A DNA stretch of 64,000 bases, from the IMG/VR virus record IMGVR_UViG_3300044640_001752, one strand, 5' to 3'. Of the stretch, positions 59,137-64,000 are shown piece by piece. The position numbers were made by a program, and so were the translations under genes. Under the pieces are notes generated by a model, which ran no database searches, was not told the DNA's origin, and saw only the letters and a list, made by a program, of their open reading frames with translations. The stretch's first letter is position 1; each line of letters starts with the position of its first letter. This DNA comes from an uncultured virus (IMG/VR IMGVR_UViG_3300044640_001752). Lineage: Duplodnaviria > Heunggongvirae > Uroviricota > Caudoviricetes.

Positions 59137-59886
59137 TTATTTCTTAACAAACAAGAAAAACAATCGGTCTTGGTCTTTCTTCATCAACTCTAATGTAAGT
59201 CCGTGTGTTTTGGCCAGTTCGTGGGCTACTTCAAAACTCCAGGGAAATATTTCCACCCACGGACCTTTGTTGGGAGTTTTAACTCCGTCGTGATCTAGCC
59301 CGGGATTGGCCCTCATCCACAGTTTACCTCCTGGCTTCAGCAATTCAACAGTCTTTCGAAATCTAATTTCAATGTCATCGCGACTGTTGAAATTGATACT
59401 GCCCAATGCAATGACATGGTCAAATGATTCTGGTTCTACATTGTAGTCAAGAATATCAATCATGAAGTCTGCACAATTGTTATAAGGATCAATACCTACT
59501 AGATTGGGAATCCTTTCTTTAAATGGATTGTATCCGCAGCCTACATCTAGTACTTTAGCAGGCTTGGTCTTGTTGATTTCGTCAGCGATTCTCCAGCCGG
59601 TCCAGTGATACATGTCGGTTCTGGGTTTCCATGCTTCACCAAAAAACCAAGCCAGGTATTGATCGTCGGTGCGATCGACCAGCTGTGCAACAGTGCCTGC
59701 AACATCAATTGCGACCCCAAACGTGCCTTCGAGGTCTGATTTGAATTTTTGCTTTTTCACAGGAGTCCACGGCAGAGAATCTAATAATGTGTCTGCCTCT
59801 AGCGATTGTCTAATTGCACTGTGTTTGGGTAAATTCCAAGTTTCGTGTAATTTTTTTACAATATGATTAAAAATTTTGCTATTCAT
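59137..59886 (-). CDS. Class I SAM methyltransferase with N-terminal ACP-like helical domain
   Basis: VLDVGCG, GIDP, FDHVIALGS, LKPGG; start re-placed to 59886. Confidence 0.8.
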   Translation of the reverse strand: MNSKIFNHIVKKLHETWNLPKHSAIRQSLEADTLLDSLPWTPVKKQKFKSDLEGTFGVAIDVAGTVAQLVDRTDDQYLAWFFGEAWKPRTDMYHWTGWRIADEINKTKPAKVLDVGCGYNPFKERIPNLVGIDPYNNCADFMIDILDYNVEPESFDHVIALGSINFNSRDDIEIRFRKTVELLKPGGKLWMRANPGLDHDGVKTPNKGPWVEIFPWSFEVAHELAKTHGLTLELMKKDQDRLFFLFVKK

Positions 59887-59990
59887 AGATTTTTTATAAA
59901 AAAGGTAAATAAATTTACAAGACAGCAAAAAATTTTGTGTCTGTGACAATATCTAACTATATATATCATAAATCTTGACAAGGAAAAATA

Positions 59991-60980
59991 ATGAAAAACT
60001 TTTTATCTGCTCTCCTGTTGGCAGCGGCAGCAATCGTACCATTTGCTGCTGCAGCTTGGGAACCCATCAAGCCAGTCACAGTGTATGTAGGCAATACTCC
60101 CGGGGCCGGCAACGAACTTGCATTTAGAAAATTAGCCGAATTGGTTCAACGCAATAATCCCAAATTTGTATATGTAGTACAAAACATTCCAGGTGCTGAC
60201 AGTGTTATAGCACAGAACAGATTTCTTGATGCTGCACCAGATGGATACACTGCCAATTTGCCCAGCCATATGAGCACGTATGTCACCAACGATATATGGC
60301 AAAAAGATATTAAAAAGTTCAAATACAATGATTTTACTGATGTGCTGACCATGGGCAAAAGTCCACTGGTGTTGGTTGCCAGTCCTCGCAGTATGATAAA
60401 CACTCCTGAAGATTTTATAACACTGATCTCGACTACTAAAAAACCCATCAGTATTGCAACAGGTGGCGGTGCTCATAGAACTGCATTTGAATATCTCATG
60501 TACCGTGGGCAGGGAAACAAAGATCTGGTCAGGCCCATCAGATTCAATGGACCGTTGCCAACTGTTACCAGTGTGGCTGCATTTGATGGCAAATCTGGCA
60601 CTGAATTTGGAATCATGCCAATTGCAGTTGCCAAGCCGTTGCTGGACGCGGGTAGAGTAAAAGCCATTGGATTTACTGGCAATAGAAAAATGGATCAATA
60701 TCCCAAGATACCTTTATTAAATACTGTTGCTCCTGGTATCAATGTATATGCTGCTTGGTCCTTGCAGTTGCCACCTAACACCCCCGGTGACATTGTTGAT
60801 TGGTATCAACGCGAGTTCTCTAAAGCAGTGCGTTCTGCAGAATACAAAGAATGGATGGAAAATCAAGTTGTATTTTATGAAGAATCAGAGTTAAAACCAG
60901 AAGGATTACGCAAACACATGAACGAATTGAGAGCCACATTTATACCTGTGTTAGAAACTATTGATTTGACCAAAGAATGA
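59991..60980 (+). CDS. Bug/TctC tripartite-tricarboxylate-transporter substrate-binding protein
   Basis: Signal peptide, P-x-KPVT, V-x-NIPGA, APDGYT, P-x2-TP-x-DIV. Confidence 0.85.
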   Translation: MKNFLSALLLAAAAIVPFAAAAWEPIKPVTVYVGNTPGAGNELAFRKLAELVQRNNPKFVYVVQNIPGADSVIAQNRFLDAAPDGYTANLPSHMSTYVTNDIWQKDIKKFKYNDFTDVLTMGKSPLVLVASPRSMINTPEDFITLISTTKKPISIATGGGAHRTAFEYLMYRGQGNKDLVRPIRFNGPLPTVTSVAAFDGKSGTEFGIMPIAVAKPLLDAGRVKAIGFTGNRKMDQYPKIPLLNTVAPGINVYAAWSLQLPPNTPGDIVDWYQREFSKAVRSAEYKEWMENQVVFYEESELKPEGLRKHMNELRATFIPVLETIDLTKE

Positions 60981-61597
60981 AATACATCTTTATGGCAGGC
61001 GCTCCTGGATCCAAATGGTCCAGTGTGAGCAAGAACATTTATTTCAGCCCCGACATTGATCGCACAGATTCTTCGTCTGCACGTGAGTATTGGCACAGTG
61101 CCTGGGGAGAACCTTTGTTGATGCACATGGGTGCATATTTTGATCCTGGCATGGAGTTCGGCGACCATTTTGATCGGTTGGATCAATATAGTCGTGAAGA
61201 AAACGAACAAGAGTTTGATAGACCGTTTTCTGGAACAGGTGTACGCATCATCAAGAGTCATGTATTTTCACATCACATTGACTATCTAAAGCAGACATGG
61301 CCCGACTGCCCTGTAGTGTTAGTAGAGCGAGACGACGATGCTTGCCTAGGGTGGTGGGTCAAATGCGGTCACTTTGGTATTACCTATCCTGACTATGCTG
61401 AATACTATCAAAATCTTCCTGTAATGGCTCGTCGCATCTATAATCAAAATCAAGACATACGCTTGGCACGTGAGAGATATTCAGGAAAAACAATCAATTC
61501 CAATGTAGTATTGGCAGCTCGTCTATACATTGCTACACCGCCGGAAGAGTATTTTCAAAGGTACGCCGAATATGATATCAAGGTAACATTAATATGA
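60977..61597 (+). CDS. P-loop/sulfotransferase-like hypothetical protein
   Basis: IFMAGAPGSKWS...IIKSH...VLVER. Confidence 0.5.
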   Translation: MKYIFMAGAPGSKWSSVSKNIYFSPDIDRTDSSSAREYWHSAWGEPLLMHMGAYFDPGMEFGDHFDRLDQYSREENEQEFDRPFSGTGVRIIKSHVFSHHIDYLKQTWPDCPVVLVERDDDACLGWWVKCGHFGITYPDYAEYYQNLPVMARRIYNQNQDIRLARERYSGKTINSNVVLAARLYIATPPEEYFQRYAEYDIKVTLI

Positions 61598-62250
61598 AAA
61601 GTTCATGGGACTACACAAAAGCTCAAAGTCAGTATCATTTTGATTCAACCATAATGGATCCGGCATACGATACAGTTATTAGACTGGGTCGTATTTCTCC
61701 TACGTGGGATACAGATCTTGCTGATATTGTCAGCAAATCAAAACCGGCAACATGGGCCACTAGAGGATACAAGGGAGAAGGTGTCGAAGTTCCGTCTGCA
61801 GATCTCGAAGCCGAACGGCACGATATCGAGCGTGTCGGTGCAGATCCCGACATGATCATCACGCACTTGAACTGGGTTATCCCCGATAGCTTACAAAAGA
61901 TCAGTGATCTTTTTGGCTTAGATGATTGCATGAACCGCATACATGTACAACGACCTGGGGAAGTTTGGAATTTACACATAGATAAATTACAGAAATGGTG
62001 CCCGGAAGACCCCAGCCGTATCATGCGTATTATGATTCAATTAACTGACTGGCAACCTGGTCAATTCTGGGCATACGGCAACTATCATTATAATCAATGG
62101 CGTGCCGGTGATGTAACTACCTTCGACTGGGCAAATGTACCACACAGCACAGCCAATACCGGGCACTATCCACGTGTGACATTTCAGATAACTGGTGTAC
62201 GCACAGCCACGACAGACAAATTCCTCGAAGAATTGCAAAATTTACATTAA
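61594..62250 (+). CDS. Cupin / 2OG-Fe(II) oxygenase-like protein
   Basis: PGE-x2-NLHID...PHSTAN-x-G-x2-PR. Confidence 0.65.
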   Translation: MKSSWDYTKAQSQYHFDSTIMDPAYDTVIRLGRISPTWDTDLADIVSKSKPATWATRGYKGEGVEVPSADLEAERHDIERVGADPDMIITHLNWVIPDSLQKISDLFGLDDCMNRIHVQRPGEVWNLHIDKLQKWCPEDPSRIMRIMIQLTDWQPGQFWAYGNYHYNQWRAGDVTTFDWANVPHSTANTGHYPRVTFQITGVRTATTDKFLEELQNLH

Positions 62251-63366
62251 ACAATTTTGTCGAATGAATGTTTCCACCAGGTTAGGATTGTTGCAATCTA
62301 AACAGGTGCCGTCGGACAGCAACACCATGTCGGCATCTATTCTTATTAAATGCTTGGGCGATCCCAGTTTGGATTTATAATTTAGATAATACGTGTCTTG
62401 ATTTAGCTCGTAGATATACTGCTTTGCTGGCATCTTGTACAAATCATGCCTATCTGGTTTTATTGACTTGGGTCTGTCAGACAAGCTCCACAATTGATAT
62501 TCGTCGCAATTGAACCACGGCATATAATTTTGTTTATATTGATTGTAGTTTGCAGTGTTTTTGATTGGAAATTGATTGTACCATATCAGCAGATGTTCTA
62601 CCCAATGAAAATTAAAGTTAATCCACCAAAATAAATCGCCTATAGTAACAACTTCTATTCCTGCTTCGTGAATGTTTTGTGTCAATGAATCGTAGTACTC
62701 GACTGCTTGTTCTTTTGACATGTAGTTAGTTAGAAATTCAATAAACTTGCCACTGGTTTCTCTAAGAGATTTTTCCAAAGAACCAGCGCCGTACACTAAT
62801 TCAAACTCAATAGCAATATTGACTATCCACAACTTATCTGCTGGTTCCCCATCAGTTACAATATATTTGTCAAATACAGATTGTATGTCTTTGTTAGAAA
62901 AGTTTTTGAAATTTATAGTTTTTAATTGATATTGTTCTATCACTGAGTGATAAAATATTGGATTTTCAAAGTAACTCTGATTGTTAGCAAAGATTGTGAT
63001 ATTTTTTAGATCTGCTGTATCAAAATGTTTTATTATAGCCGATAATGCCAGGGTACTATCTATTCCGCCTGACCAAAAAATAGCCAGTGGCAGATTTCTT
63101 TGCTGCATTGTTTTTTTAATTTCGATAGCTCTAGCGTCAGTTACTTCGCTAAAACTTTTGTTAAAACATTGCATCAATGGAGGACACGATACATAATCTG
63201 GATCATGATAAAAATTCCAAATCTTCGTTTTTCCGTATCTGGCACTGGAGATTGATTCACATCCTGGCCAGAATTTTTGGTCAGCTAACAAAAATGTTTT
63301 CAGGCGTGCTTGTAGATCAATCGGTAACAAATTATAAAAATCGAAAGAAATTCGCAAAGGCTTCAT
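62242..63366 (-). CDS. PP-loop (asparagine-synthetase-like) adenine nucleotide alpha hydrolase
   Basis: IFWSGGIDST, TDGEPADKL, YKMPAK-x-YIY. Confidence 0.7.
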   Translation of the reverse strand: MKPLRISFDFYNLLPIDLQARLKTFLLADQKFWPGCESISSARYGKTKIWNFYHDPDYVSCPPLMQCFNKSFSEVTDARAIEIKKTMQQRNLPLAIFWSGGIDSTLALSAIIKHFDTADLKNITIFANNQSYFENPIFYHSVIEQYQLKTINFKNFSNKDIQSVFDKYIVTDGEPADKLWIVNIAIEFELVYGAGSLEKSLRETSGKFIEFLTNYMSKEQAVEYYDSLTQNIHEAGIEVVTIGDLFWWINFNFHWVEHLLIWYNQFPIKNTANYNQYKQNYMPWFNCDEYQLWSLSDRPKSIKPDRHDLYKMPAKQYIYELNQDTYYLNYKSKLGSPKHLIRIDADMVLLSDGTCLDCNNPNLVETFIRQNCLM

Positions 63367-63938
63367 AACAAGGTCTCGGCTATCTTACACAGTGGTTCAA
63401 TTTTTTTCTTGGCAGAATTGTATTCGTTGTTTAGATAAATTGTTTGATTGCATATCATTTCTATTTCTTTTATCTGCGTAAACTCGTCAAACGGCAACTT
63501 GATCAGATTAGAAAAAATTCTATATTGACAATTTTTAGAAAATTTAAAAAGTTTTAAAACATAATGTGCCAAGAAAGCAAAATTTTGAATTTCAACAAGA
63601 TCTTTGTTGGGTTTTGATATCAAGTCCCCACATGTGTCAAGCAAGAAATTTTTTTTAGTTATTGGAAAATTAAATTTTGAATCTAGTGATCCAGCGGGCC
63701 AGTTGGTGATACTCCACTGGGAACAGCAAATGTTGTCTATTAAATCGATTTGAAAATTTGGAGCGAAGTGTAACGGAACAATCAACAGTCTGATTTTACT
63801 AGACAATAAAAACACTGCATGTTCAAACCATTGATAATCGTCGTCTACGCATACCAGTCTATCAACTACAGGACTGTACAATCCATACTGAACAGGCTTT
63901 CCGCAGCCCCAGAAAAAATACGTTTGGTCTAGTGTCAT
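63363..63938 (-). CDS. Hypothetical protein
   Basis: 191 aa; overlaps the PP-loop gene by 4 nt; TAAATA on the - strand at 63961-63966. Confidence 0.6.
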   Translation of the reverse strand: MTLDQTYFFWGCGKPVQYGLYSPVVDRLVCVDDDYQWFEHAVFLLSSKIRLLIVPLHFAPNFQIDLIDNICCSQWSITNWPAGSLDSKFNFPITKKNFLLDTCGDLISKPNKDLVEIQNFAFLAHYVLKLFKFSKNCQYRIFSNLIKLPFDEFTQIKEIEMICNQTIYLNNEYNSAKKKIEPLCKIAETLL

Positions 63939-64000
63939 TGAGTTTGATAATGTTGTCAGATATTTATTGAGTGCTTTGTTGACACAATAATTTTAAAAAT

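Noticed and set aside
59940..59970. NrdR-box-like AT-rich sequence
   Set aside because: Poor match, single copy, and not upstream of nrd genes

Overview
The window is a segment of a large T4-like tailed dsDNA phage genome, densely coding with the standard genetic code and mostly on the + strand. Core genes include a gp17-like large terminase, gp32-like SSB, UvsX/RecA, UvsY, UvsW, gp61-like primase, gp41-like helicase, class Ia NrdA/NrdB, glutaredoxin and a PD-(D/E)XK exonuclease. There is a block of probable virion proteins, T4-type late promoters (TAAATA/TATAAATA) and sigma70-type promoters. Accessory content is heavy: an ~11 kb glycan synthesis/methylation cluster, three dispersed radical-SAM + SGNH-like gene pairs, IscU/IscA, a DadA-like oxidoreductase, a class II aldolase, and a Bug/TctC-centred cluster that hints at a betaproteobacterial host. 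Four features stand out. (1) A 196-aa protein appears to retain the DnaE (Pol III alpha) catalytic motifs. (2) A probable virion-packaged protein fuses a nucleotidyltransferase domain to a KxDG ligase-like domain. (3) An array of four promoter/operator/RBS repeats each carries a different gene. (4) A Seg-like endonuclease gene has a leader that resembles the ssb leader. All calls come from motif recognition by eye; no database searches were run.
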